NCBI RefSeq assembly: GCF_006345805.1
Contig: NC_042999.1
Span: forward strand, 41,230,001-41,294,000
Source of the DNA: Octopus sinensis
Lineage: Eukaryota
Length of the DNA stretch: 64,000 nt
Direction: 5' to 3'
Both the position numbers and the translations under genes were made by a program. This document shows, piece after piece, positions 40,013 to 52,487 of the stretch (positions are counted from its first letter, which is position 1; every line of letters starts with the position of its first letter). The notes beneath the pieces are model-generated. The model was given only the letters and a program-made list of their open reading frames with translations, was not told the origin of the DNA and did not search any database.

Positions 40013-41214
40013 TATATCTCTGTGTGTGTATAGCACTAATATACCTACAGATATTTCTATATGTATGCATTTTATGTGTGCATGAATACATACGTGTGAT
40101 TGTGTGCATGTGTGCTGCAGATATCAGGAAAACATGCTACTAAATTTAGAGAGAATTATTTTGTATTGTGTTTAGGAAAATACTTAGACACAACAAAATT
40201 TAGAATAATTTATACGGGGGAAACACGAAAGCAAACAAAATGAGCAGAACAATCCGCTATGTATATATATAGGCAAGTATAATCTAGAATTCTTGTAACT
40301 TATGAAACGAATGAGAAACAAAACGAGAATATAGGTAAAAAAAAAAAAAAGAAAAGAACCACAGAGGATATAACCAAAGTGGAACACTACAATATACGAG
40401 AGAAAAAAGATGGAAATAGAACCTTTACATGGTCAGTAACCTGCAAGACTGCACATACACGGAATAAGTTCATATGAAAGCTGGGAATCGCTATAAAGCA
40501 GGGTAGATGCAGAAATAGAATGTATTATTTTAGTTACATAAGATCAAAGGTTAATCATTAGAAAACTACCAATGTAATATAATAAAATAAAGAAAATGAT
40601 CTGTAACATGTATGACTACATAGGAAAACAATCGACCGGCATATTTTCGGTTGATCAATCCGAGCAAACGACAGAATATGTCTACAGGCAGAAGTGGGTA
40701 TGACAATTGAGTAGAAACCTACAGACAGTTCTGCATCGAAACTCAACAGAAATAATACGAGCAGGTGCTAAATCCAATATGTGACAATGATACATTTACG
40801 TTGCATTGATATATATATATATATATATATGGATAAAAAGTTATGCAGACTATATCTTGTTCAAAGAACAAAAGAAAAATATACATGCACTGATACTAAT
40901 ATCGATCGTTTTTTTTCTCTTCTGTGAATGACTAGGCTGGAAGTTAAAAAAAAAAAAAACAACTGAAAGCATCTAGCTTACAAAATGAAACTCTACAAGA
41001 TGTGGAGTCTGAGTGAAAAAGAGGTACCAGTAATAACTGACGCACTGAAACCGGTCCCCAAAATATAATCATAATACGCAATGGAAACGAGAGATTCCGA
41101 GTTAATAATGCAACCCAAGCAACGTACATATGTACGTTTCTACAACTGTGAAAGGCAAGGGCGATTTCAATTTGTAAAAGCAGTACAGGTTGATGTATAT
41201 ATATAAATGTATCC

Positions 41215-41410
41215 TTTCTACTGTAGGTTCGAGGCCTAAAATTTACGGGAGAGAGTTAGCCAATTACATACATTCACCCAAGTGCTGAACTGCTGCTTAT
41301 TATATCGACCTTGAACGGATGAAAAGCCACGTCAACCTCAGCAGAACTAGAACTCAGGACGAAAAAAGGTGGAGCATTTCGCCCGGAGTGCTAACAATTC
41401 TGCCAGCCCG
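41215..41410 (-). mobile_element. SINE family A, diverged
   Basis: CGGATGAAAAGCCACGTCAACCTCAGCAGAAC...CATTTCGCCCGGAGTGCTAACAATTCTGCCAGCCCGC. Confidence 0.75.
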
Positions 41411-41539
41411 CTGTCATTATATACATGTGTGTGTGTATGTGTGCGCGCTCGTGCAATTTCACCGCATATGGAGACCGCTTCACAGCAGAAAGTTTCCAGG
41501 TTCGTTCTTTCCGACTGCGTAAGCTACTTGGGAAAATAT

Positions 41540-41592
41540 AACATATAAATATATATGTATGCGCACATATATATATAAATGTATATGTATAT

Positions 41593-41652
<60 letters not shown>

Positions 41653-41863
41653 TACATATATATATATATGCGTGTGCATGCGTGTTTATATATATATATA
41701 TACATATATATATGCGTGTGCGTGCGTGTTTATATATTTATATATATATATATATATATATACATACATATATATATGCGTGTACGTGCGTGTTTATATA
41801 TATATATATATATATGTATGTATATATATATATATGTATGTATGTAATATATATGTATGTATA

Positions 41864-41896
<33 letters not shown>

Positions 41897-42072
41897 TGTA
41901 TGTATATATATATGTATGTATATATATATGTATTATATATATATGTATGTATATATATATGTATGTATATATATATGTATGTATGTATATATATGTATGT
42001 ATGTATATATATGTATGTATGTATGTATATATATGTATATATAATTATATATATATATTGTATATATATATA
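41540..42072. repeat. Compound (TA)n/(TATG)n microsatellite
   Basis: Directly visible. Confidence 0.95.
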
Positions 42073-42415
42073 AGATCCAAGGATTGAGGTGTAATAAGAA
42101 ACTTAGCATCAAGGAACCGTATTAGATATAAAAAAAACAACTTTCAGGGACAATAGTGATTTATTGAAACGGTAGGTTGTGGATGTTTCTCTTTATTGAA
42201 GTAAGATAAATTGAAAAAATTTCTTTTAAAGCTTTCCGGTAGGCAACCACGCTCGCCGGCTATGCGAATAAAAATACAAGAATTAAGGAAAGGAACAGTT
42301 ATAAGCCGGGCTACATAGCGACCGGAACTTTTGAAGTGGTAAATATTCAAGCGAGGTGTATAGCGTAGGCTAATCTTCAGGCTAACGTTACCTTCATTAA
42401 AGAGAAAGTTTACAT

Positions 42416-42759
42416 CAGTGGTTCTCAATCTGGTGTCCGCGGCCCCTTGGTGGTCCACAATGGTAGTACTGGGGGGCCGTGAACTAAATTCAAAATTTCA
42501 TATATATAAATATTAGGTTGTCCCAAAAGTTCGTAAACATTTGCGAAAATTGAATTTTTACTCGCCAAGTACTAACAAAAACAAAAAAAATTATTCCTCA
42601 AAATAAAGACCATTATTTTCCAAGACTTTCTACGAACTTTTGGGACAACCTTATATATATATATGCACACACATACTCATAAGGGTAAGCATATTGACAG
42701 GGTTCCCCGGGAAAATTCATTAAAATAAATGTGTTGGGAATGACAGTTGGAAACCACAG
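42416..42759. mobile_element. hAT-type MITE (CAGTGGTTCTCAA left end; degenerate right end)
   Basis: CAGTGGTTCTCAATCTGG at 42416 and TTGGAAACCACAG ending at 42759. No clean 8-bp target duplication. Confidence 0.5.
42513..42653. mobile_element. mariner-type MITE, 141 bp, TA target, nested in the hAT-like MITE
   Basis: Perfect 21-bp TIR AGGTTGTCCCAAAAGTTCGTA (42515-42535) / TACGAACTTTTGGGACAACCT (42631-42651), with TA on both flanks. Confidence 0.9.
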
Positions 42760-43076
42760 TGTAAAATTTGGGAACTAATGCTTTACATTGTTGCAAAGAG
42801 TTACATGTTAAAACATGGAAGATTCACTCTTATAATGAAAACAAACAATCGAGTTTCTTTGAAATTTAAATGATTCGTAAGGTATTTATGTACGTATGTA
42901 GTTCAGGTCGTGTTTCTGTGTGCTTCTATGCAGTTATATGATCGGTTTGTGGAGTATGTTTGTGTGATCGTATGTCTGTTAAAATGTTTGTCTATTCTAA
43001 TGTCTGTTGAATCGGCATGATGACTTTCCATGCTGGTTCATTTGATTCGGAAGCAGTGCTATTTGTTGCTTCACTC

Positions 43077-43250
43077 ACCTTTTGTAGTCATGTGCCAATA
43101 CACTCCTGAAAGTCTTGGAAGATACGAGATGATTCAAACAGATGCAGTCTTTAGTCTTGTGATACCTTTTGTAGTCATGTGCCTATACACTCCTGAAAGT
43201 CTTGGAAGATACGAGATGATTCAAACAGATGTAGTCTGTAGTCTTGTGAT
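43077..43250. repeat. 87-bp direct tandem duplication
   Basis: Units 43077-43163 and 43164-43250 differ at 3 positions. Confidence 0.95.
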
Positions 43251-43599
43251 GCAAACGTAGCAATGACCGTTGATATCTCTCTGCATTCAAGTCATTTTAG
43301 CAGTTGCTGGCTCACGTGATAGGAAGTTAAAAGAAAACGCGCACACACTAACACACACGTACACGCGCGTATGTCTGGGTAGGGCGGGGGTAAGGTGAAA
43401 TGCAGGTACACATTTCATTGTTTCTATAACTTTTCCATTGTGTTCAATACTGGAATGACTTGTAAGTTTTAACTTTTTTATTAAGAAAAATTTCTTTGTA
43501 TTTCTTTGTTAGCTCGTTACGGTAGTTTGTTTGAAACGACATCTTTTCCAAACATTCGTAGATGACTTTATCTCATTTTTATTTTATTTTAGTTTTTTA

Positions 43600-45250
43600 T
43601 TTTATTATTTATTTATTTATGAAGTAGGCAGTATCTTTATGATTTTCCTCATTGCATTTATGTGTTATCAGTCAAGAATTTATTTTCTGTTGCGACTATC
43701 ACATATTGCTTCTGAGTTTAGTTTAGTCTTGTTTTATATTACGAATATTACATCTTCCATTAAGCGCTACATATTTCTGTGAAATTCTGCATCCTATATA
43801 TGTATCATATACTAATATTTTTATTTGATGCTGAAGAGTGGGATACGTTATAATTGATCACTGTTATAAGTAAATGAGGATCCGGTGAGCGAGTCGTACT
43901 TATATGGTCAATATATCATTTAATCGTGAAGTTTACATTTCCCACGTTAGTAATATGACTTTGAAGTCAAATTAATCATTAGCATCTTATTAATAGGTTT
44001 ACATATCTCTGATTAATGTTGATCAGAATATCTATAATTTAATATTTCCATAATACGTTATTAGTGTTGATTTATAATTAGGCATAATCAATATGTATTT
44101 GATTCATATAAATACACTTGGTACTGTTTTTCTTAGTAGTTGTCTTTCTAATGTCCATGTTGCAGTGATTCGTGTATTGTTCTATGGTTTGGTCTTTCAG
44201 ACTTTTAGAACACTCGTTCTTGACTAGTGTTTATTTTCCTTATTTAACGCTTCGTTTATGGAAGAGAATCTAAATGTAATTCTAACAATGATATTTTGTA
44301 TCCGTGCGGACATTCAGTGTCTCCGTGTAAGTATATGTATTTATTCGTGATATGGTTTAAACGGGTGTGATACATCTATTTCAATGTTTGTGTCTGGCAC
44401 AATTGCATTGATAGAACTTGCATTCGTATTCTTGTGGTTGCCTTTCTGTACCTTCTCAACGTCTTCCATCAGTGTGTTACAACATTATTCCTGATGTATA
44501 ACGAATATTTATGTCCTGTTATCATTATTCTCTCTATTGCTGCCACATAATACTCGTCAACTGGGGCCCTAACAGAGAACCAATTGTTATGCCGCCTAGT
44601 TGGTTTTACGTATTGCCATGTCAATATCGAAAAGATTTTTCTATTTCACAGTACACTTGTAATAGTTAGCTGGACTGATGTGTAGTTTTATTGATATTTT
44701 CACATTGGATTATTGACAAACAGCCTTTCTATGCCCTGGGGACATTTCCACTTAGGTTGATGTCTTATAAGATCCCTAAAAACAATCCGGCTGACTGACT
44801 ACTATATCTCAGCAATGGATATCACTTGGTAAAATGATCCAGTTATTCAGTAATTCCATGTTTTTGTACTTGTTTGAGATATTGCGGATAGGACAGGAGA
44901 GTTGCTTACTTTCACTCTTCCTTAGGTATATGCTAAGGTAAATTCTCCTTTAATGAACGAAAATAAGAAGCTCATGTTTATGCATATATCACTGTTCTTT
45001 AGTCTATTGAGTTTAATTTTCAAATGGATGTATTTGTCTTTCGGTATTCACATATAGTTTTCTCAATGAGTTGTTAATTTTTAAAGTATATTCAATTTTA
45101 TCTTCGATTATGAATAACTCACAGATTTTATTGAGCTTTATACAGAAGCTCGTATGTACCTTGGTCTCTTGATTTTCTAAACGTAGTTTTATGTTGTGTT
45201 GTTGCCTTCTGATTTTGTTCATAATGTTGATTATGTTGTAATTAGTGTTT
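43600..45250 (-). pseudogene. Decayed Penelope-like retroelement ORF (RT plus possible GIY-YIG)
   Basis: Ordered minus-strand remnants with frameshifts: NSPVLSAISQTST (44866-44905, cf. PLRPIISQ), GIERLFVNNP (44706-44735, cf. DVxSLFTNVP), NQLGGITIGSLLGPQLTS (44552-44605, cf. QxxGxAMGSPLxP), LYIR (about 44495, cf. YxRYVDD), YLHGDTECPHGYKIS (44289-44333), YIG (43792-43800). Family motifs are from established knowledge. Confidence 0.75.
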
Positions 45251-45361
45251 ATTGGTACACTGTAAAATGTGTTGCTAAGACTTCATTTCGTGTTTTGCTC
45301 TACCATTGCTGATGGTAAAATATTGGCTGATGTTTGTGTATCGAATATTTTCTATATTGGC

Positions 45362-45373
45362 AATATATGTATG

Positions 45374-45407
<34 letters not shown>

Positions 45408-45450
45408 TGCATGTATGCATGTATGCATGCATGCATGCATGAATGAATGA
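45362..45450. repeat. (TATG)n/(CATG)n/(AATG)n microsatellite
   Basis: Directly visible. Further (TATG)n arrays lie at 45861-45953, 47270-47300, 47415-47530 and 48485-48530. Confidence 0.95.
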
Positions 45451-45454
45451 AAAA

Positions 45455-45863
45455 CAAAACCCGTCAAAGGGCGGAGGAACTCTTGAGAGTCAACGACCAT
45501 CCAATAAATGCCTTAAGGCTGTATCATGCGCGGGGACATAGAAATAATCGGGCTGAATACCCGATCGGTTAAACCATTGGTAGTAAAGGACTCCTAGCCT
45601 TTGTTAGGATATCCTTCTAGGAGAAGTTAACTCAGGAAACTGGGATAACTCCGACATAAAACCTGCGGCTCAGTGGTTACCGATGATGTTGACTTGTTCT
45701 TCTTTTTGGATTGTGGCTGCTGTTGCTTAGTGAGTGGGATTGACGCAGTGCACAGCCTTTCCTCACTATAAAAAAAATCTACTTGCATAAGCATTGCATG
45801 CTAACAACATTGATTAAGCTTCGTGCAATGGCCATACTCGATAACGAGGGAGCAGTCACCATG
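45455..45863. mobile_element. GC-richer, hairpin-rich segment between microsatellites; probable terminal UTR of a non-LTR retrotransposon
   Basis: Hairpins TCGGG/CCCGA, AAGGA-TCCTAGC/GTTAGGA-TCCTT and AGTTA-CTCAG(GAAA)CTGGG-TAACT. The element assignment is inference. Confidence 0.5.
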
Positions 45864-45915
45864 TATGTATGTATGTATGTATGTATGTATGTATGTATGT
45901 ATGTATGTATGTATG

Positions 45916-45949
<34 letters not shown>

Positions 45950-47297
45950 TGTATTCGATATATCGAACAAGCCCTCGTTAAAGTAAGGGAGAATGAGATG
46001 TATCAGAAAATCGAATAGGTCATATTTAAGTACATCTATGAGACTGATTGTAGGTTTACCTTTATTGTCTATATAATGGCGGAATTAGCACACGTAACTC
46101 CGAAACTTATTTAGATTATTCAGCAGATACGATCTGAATTTTACTGTATAGTAGTATGTTTACCATTTTTTTAATCAGATCAAAACAATCATTTGTCTTA
46201 TGAAGCAGACTCAATTACCACATGAAACATGTTTACCTCTGGTTTATATGTGATATGATACACTAAAATCAAGCGAACCAACCCAATAAAATCCGACGAA
46301 GCATGATCTAAAATTCTCTTTTGATGTTGTGTATAGTTGCTACTAATGTAAACATGAAGTATATTGACTGGCCTAGATATGAAAAATCGTTGCATATTTC
46401 GAAGAGATTTTATTTAGATAATGACACATGAATACATCAAACAGATTTTTATCCAGGTGAAAATTGTCAATAAAAATGTTAATTCATTAATACTCCTTTG
46501 CTGATCAATCTGATGAGTATAGAATAATAATGATTTTTGATGGTTAGTTATGGTAATATTTTGTTTAGTTTGCTAGAAGCCGTGTTGCTGCTGTCATTAT
46601 CCATAAACACTATTTCAATTAATTATTGTTCTTTTTGGTTGACGCTGTTGATGCATTGCAGGTGAATGACGACTTTGATAGTCAAAATTGATGTTTTGAC
46701 CTCTTTGCACAGAACATAATAAAATTTTAAGTATGCAACACTTTTAACTACGCTGTTCTTATTTGCTTTTCAAATACTATGATAATTTCAGTCTGCGTTT
46801 CTATTAACAGGAAACATAACTAGTACAATTTTATCGATTTGCAGCGATTCACGGAAAAATCCACTTGGATGGATTTTAAACCTGCAGAAATAACAGTAAT
46901 GTACTTACCTACGTAGATTTGTATCTATGTATGTTTAAATTAAATTCTTTGTAATGGACTTCGACCCGGTCGCTAACAATTCTAGAAGGATTTTTCAATT
47001 AAGAGAGTTGCAAACATGTGATTCAGTTGGTGTGTTGGTTGAGCTGCTAGTGCACGCCCCCAACTGTGTGCAACGTTTTACCGAATGAATCTCAGACGGG
47101 GAATCTTTGGAATGTCTTCACTGTACCATTCACTAATACACTGGATTTGGAGTATGCACGTCAGTTTCTTTTACTCTTTCTTCAGAATACCTACTATTTC
47201 TAGGTTTCTATGTAAATTTGTTGGTACGTATATACCTATACATACATGTCTATCAGTCTGACTGTCTTTATGTATGTATGTATGTATGTATGTATGT

Positions 47298-47412
47298 ATA
47301 TAATTTTTCAGTTTATTTCAAGATTTCTTGCGAATAAAGAAAGAATCGGTTTCTAACCTAGATCCAAGGCTCCTTCACTGGAATTTCAAAATCAACAACA
47401 GAGTATTTTTGT
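47298..47412 (-). mobile_element. Probable 5'-truncated non-LTR 3' end inserted in (CATA)n
   Basis: Short unique block bounded by (TATG)n on both sides. The minus strand ends GAAATAAACTGAAAAATTA followed by (CATA)n. Confidence 0.5.
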
Positions 47413-47639
47413 TTGTTTATATGTATGTATGTATGTATGCATGTATGTATGTATGTATGTATGTATGTATGTATGTATGTATGTATGTATGCATATATGC
47501 ATGTATGTAGGTATTATGTATGTATGTACATATGTGCAGATTTCTATGTTTTATGTATGCATTCTCATGCAAAGAGTTACATATCTAGACATGCTCATAT
47601 ATATTTAAATGAGAAACTTCTGGAAAGTTTTACAGATTT

Positions 47640-48470
47640 TTACAGTTACAGTGATGGACTGGATCAATAGTCTTCAAATTTACTTTCTGGTTTGGAGAAG
47701 CCTATTTTCTCAAGATGGTATTTTTGCAGTGCGTCACATACGCCTGGGTCACAATAATTACAGTTATTAACTTGAACTTGTAAATTAGAGAGAGTAACTG
47801 CAGATTTCTCAATAGTTCAGCATAGGTGTTCTCTTTTTCACTGATCTTCAGCTTTAAGTTAACATCCGCTGGGCAGCTATTTTTCACAAATGTGCACAGT
47901 TTCTCTTCTCTGTATACTGCTGCCTGGTTGCGGTTAAATTTATTATTTACTGTTCTTCTCTCGGTTAGTCTCTTCCGATGTCAGAGTTTTTCACTGACAG
48001 CTTTTAGCTCCTGCTTGAGGGTAATCAGTTTGCAATGAATGTCCTCTTTTTGCTGACTCCATACATCATTTCGACCTCCTTCTTTACTTTCTATTGGTGG
48101 GACGTATAGTGATTTGTTTGTTTGCATGCAATAAGCATCATTACATGACTGATAGTCTTCCTTAAACCAGTTATCTTTTTCTCTGTCTTCAAAACCCATG
48201 ATGGTACTTGCTTTGTTATTTCGGTTTTGTTTACTTTCTGAATATCATTCATGTACTATTTTACAGTAGTAGCCAGAGCATATAGACAGGCCTTAATCTG
48301 TTAGTATGTGGGTACATCACACTGCTGTAAATACTCATCACCAATGTCATTAACAGCTTTTAATATCGTATCTGGTGAGTTTTTTTACTTTAGTGGAAAA
48401 TGCTCTCTCCTCGATAGAGTCCTTCAAAGCCAAAGTTATTTGTTCTCGGAAAATTTCACTAAGGGCATAT
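47640..48470 (-). pseudogene. Decayed R4/Dong-clade non-LTR retrotransposon ORF fragment (region upstream of the RT domain)
   Basis: Minus-strand peptides PDTILKAVNDIGDEYL, PTY*QIKACLYALATTVK (to 48259), VPSWVLKTEKKITGLRKTISHV (48207-48142) and LITLKQELKAVSEKL*HRKRLTERRTVNNKFNRNQAAVYRE (from 48028). These match the recalled R4/Dong pattern INCLxYAAA...PxWxxR...LKQxLxAxxxKLxRYxxRxxRxxxNxxF. Clade assigned from memory, not from a search. Confidence 0.7.
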
Positions 48471-48905
48471 TTCACTGGCAGATATGTGTGTATGTATGTA
48501 TGTATGTATGTACGTACATGAGTATGTATGTGTGTTTGAATATATGTATACGTGCATAAATATATGTGTATTGATGTATGTATGTTGTTTGAATTTATCT
48601 CTGTTCGTACATGTGCATTTTGTTTCCTGAGAGATGTGAAAAGTCAGGTATTTTACAGATAGGTGAGAATTGATAATATCGACCGAACTAAATAATATTA
48701 TACATTTTATCAGCCTCCCGATTGATGAAGAGCAACACTGGACATTAATGGACCAAATAACTATATAATACAAGGCATTTTTCGACTGATCTATCTATTC
48801 TACGATTCACCGTAGATACATCAACTATCACAGAATATACTGTAATGTATACCGATACTTGATATCCTTGTATAATAAAGTACATTTCTATTTGTACATG
48901 CACTA

Positions 48906-49095
48906 AGGCGGCGAGGAGATAAAATGCTTTCCGGTATTTCATTCGTCTATGCATACTGAGTTCAAATTCCGCCGCGGTCGACTATACCGTTTATCGTTCC
49001 GGGGTAAATAAAATAAGAACCGTCTGAGCACGAGGGTCGAGGAAATCGACTTACCCCATCCCCCGATATTTGTAGACTTGTACCAAAATTTAAAA
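48906..49095 (+). mobile_element. SINE family A, diverged
   Basis: AAGGCGGCGAG...GAGTTCAAATTCCGCCGCGGTCGAC...CCAAAATTTAAAAC. Confidence 0.75.
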
Positions 49096-49573
49096 CTAAC
49101 TATATTAATGATAAAGAAACCATCATTGCAGAATGACTGTCAAGTGTATTTTTATATAAAACATCAATACCATACCTCCATATGTGTGTGTTTGTGTGTT
49201 TGTGTGTGTTAGAATAGAGGAAAGCAGGATAGACAAGATAGTACTCTTAAAAAATTCTATAATATTTACATGTTTCTTTTGCGACTTCTATAGTGTGCGG
49301 TAGCCGTTTCGTTGATGATTACATTGGAACGTTGCAACGCCAGATAATCAAAAGAAAATATATAAATGGATTGAATTGCAATTTTTTCTGAAGATATGGT
49401 GTTTCAGTATCATTGTGCAATCGTCCGCGAACGTATAACAGCTATTATTACATAATATACTTGTATTCGCTAGTTAGAACACGTGTAGAGTTTATGCAAT
49501 TTATGATGTTATAATAAAAAAGAACCTTAAACTAGCGTTCGTATTTTATTCTATTCTCGGATATATATGTATG

Positions 49574-49662
<89 letters not shown>

Positions 49663-50839
49663 CTCTGTAAATTATTCAAAAGTATGCAATACCAAGAGAG
49701 AATCGTAGAACAAATAACGCTTAATACTCTATCGGGATTGAGATGAACAACGATTACCATAGTGTTCTGAACATTGATTAACATTCGTGTTATCTGATAC
49801 ATACGTACGCACACACACACGCACACACACACATACACACACACACACACTCTCACACACACATATTCACACACATACACGTACGCACACATCATACAAA
49901 CATATGTAAATGCTTGAGTGTGTAGGGATGCATAAAGGGAAAGAAATATGGAGAGAGATATGCATGCACTGAGGTAGCTGAACCCTTTGAACAGATGAAG
50001 AGGATAAAACAGAATTTAGTGCCAGTTCCTTTTTTTTCTTTTTTGATTGTTGTTTTTTTTTTGGGGGGGGGGGGGTTTGTTTGAAAGAGGGGTTGTAAAT
50101 GGAATGTGTGGTTGCAAAAAGCGAAAGGCTGATGACGGACAAACCGAAATGCTAAAATAATACGAGGCTAAAATCCTCGCTATATACCCGACATACATAC
50201 AAATGCAAATTCCCGCATATATATCTGCGTGAGTACGTGTGCGTGTGCGTCTGTGTGTGTGTGTATGTAATACGCACGCACGCACGCACACACACACCAC
50301 ACACACACACACACACACGCACACATATATATACATATGGCGAGATGTGTATGTAGTATATATTATATGTATACACTCATACGCTCATGCACCCTATTGC
50401 ATCGATGTGGTTACGTATGTCGAACACGAATGGGATAGATTTGATACGCAAACACAAATTGATTCTCTATCGATTAGTGGGCACATGTATATCAATACGA
50501 AGCATAAATATTAATAAATGCATATGCATCGATAGATAGCAAAGCAAATCGATAGATCCATATGAATCATTAACTGAACGTGTTATTGTTGAAAATGCTT
50601 GCGAACATGAAACGCATATCCTCTTAATAACGGTTGCAGACGCATGTATGAAAAACTGTATGTATCAAAATGGGAGCCAAAAACGTGTTGGAACATACAG
50701 CTAATACAGCACCAGTCTTCTGTATACGACCCGTGAATTAAAACTATATCGAATGCTAGGGAATTTGGCAGCTGAAATGTTCCATCATTATAACGTAGGA
50801 GCTTTCCCTTCCTATCTCTATTTCTCAATTTATATTCAT

Positions 50840-50870
50840 CTATCTATCTAATCTGTCTGTCTGTCTGTCT

Positions 50871-50908
<38 letters not shown>

Positions 50909-51237
50909 TGTATGTATATAAAGCTGAAGTTGTAAGGCAGGTTTGGTAGCCTTCACCTAACACTATCTCCACCGAGACTCTGCGGCGCAAGTTGACCGAA
51001 ATTGAGAGTATGTTAACACCAAAAGTGATTTACATCAAAAAGGTGCTTTTTTACTATGAAAATCCCTATTTTTTACGATATTTTGACTGCTGTCTCGCCA
51101 TTTTTCGGTGTATTTCAAGCAGAAAAATGTTCACTCAAAGAGAATAACAAGCTACATAATGCAAAAGTTATACTTTTCAAAAATTCCAATTCTAAAGGGT
51201 CGAAACAACCCGAGCAACGCCGGGCGATAGTGCTAGT
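50840..51237 (+). mobile_element. Non-autonomous Helitron-like element
   Basis: 3' subterminal hairpin CCCGAGCAACGCCGGG (51209-51224) followed by CTAG|T (51233-51237), the standard Helitron 3' signature. The 5' limit is uncertain because of microsatellite. Confidence 0.6.
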
Positions 51238-51714
51238 ATATATATATATATAGTTTGTATTTGTGGGCACGTGTTTCTGTGCTATGAGTGTATGTGTTGG
51301 GAAAGAGTAGCTGATGAAAGAGAAGAGATATATTTAAATCTATAAGGCGGCGAGCTGGCAGAAACGTTAGCACGCCGGGCGAAATGAATATATATTTTAA
51401 GGTGGCACACACTTGTACTGTCAAGACGCATACACACCTCTTCAGTCATTCAAGATGATTCCTTCCTTTACCTTTCTTTCCCCCTCTGTCTCTTCCTTTC
51501 TCACACATACACACACACACACTGTCTCTCTCCCTCTCTTTGTAGGTGTGTGAGTGCGTGCGTGTGTACCGCTTGACAACCTTTGTTGCTTAGCTCCTCG
51601 TTATCTAACGCTTCGGCAAAAGTCACCGATAGAATAACTACTAATCTTTATGAAAATATATCCTAGAGTCAAATCAGCTCCTCAAACACACAGTTACATA
51701 TATTTCACGTAATG

Positions 51715-51975
51715 GACCAGAGTATCAGATGTGGTTACACTTCACTGCTCACAATGCGCTTTGTGTCGTTTTAGCTTGGGAATGATGCCACCCCGCTGGT
51801 TAGGTGAGCTTTCTGATTGAAGGCTACCTCATCGTAGTCAGGGCTTCCTCTTTATAGCTGACTGGTCTGGGGCAAGGCAAAATGCAGAGTTTTGCTCAGA
51901 AGTGCAACCGCTCTGGGAGTCGAAACCACGGTCTCAAGATCTCGAGTGCAACAAGCCTTCCATCTAGGCTACGCG
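51715..51975 (-). mobile_element. Probable tRNA-derived SINE (another family)
   Basis: Reverse-complemented tRNA-like head GGGAGTCGAAACCACGGTCTC...GGCTACGCGCC at 51915-51978. Confidence 0.55.
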
Positions 51976-51985
51976 CCTTCGTACG

Positions 51986-52054
<69 letters not shown>

Positions 52055-52436
52055 CATGATGTCTGCGTCTACAGGCCACCGGACAATATGCAATATGTTG
52101 TTTGCTCACATTTCTTCACCTTCTGAGATTTTGACTTGTTTCCAAGGTCGATAAAATCTGTAATAAATGACTTCCTGAGATCGATTGGTGAAGGAAAATA
52201 CAATATATTGGCGTATGCCTGCGTGTACAAAGAACATACATACATGCATGCATAACACATTATCACATACCTGAATGTATGCAAAGTAAAATGATTTTAC
52301 GTCTTATATGCATGCATATACATATGTGTGTATGAATGTATATATTATTATATACATACATTCATACATACACACATATGCAGAGCGAGTTGGAAAAATC
52401 GCTTTTTCCTGTGCAAGTTTTCATGTATAACATGTA

Positions 52437-52487
<51 letters not shown>

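Noticed and set aside
41037-41056. CTGACGC-ACT-GAAACCGGTC (palindromic ACCGGT plus GUC)
   Set aside because: Stem II is absent, A9 is missing and stem I does not pair. At best a deleted remnant, so not counted.
42144-42458. 104-aa minus-strand ORF
   Set aside because: Its start lies in the hAT-like MITE end; no recognisable domain or splice support.
45469-45502. HDV-like ribozyme fit using GGGCGG/CCATCC as P1
   Set aside because: P3/L3 and P1.1 elements could not be placed in the required order.
46882-46908. Perfect-looking minus-strand donor (AG|GTAAGT) and acceptor (TTTCTGCAG|G)
   Set aside because: The implied intron is only 27 nt, the flanking frames are closed, and the region looks like decayed retroelement.
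50129-50149. CTGATGA-C-GG(ACAAA)CC-GAAA hammerhead-like string
   Set aside because: Stem II is only 2 bp, and no stem III palindrome or stem I partner could be formed.
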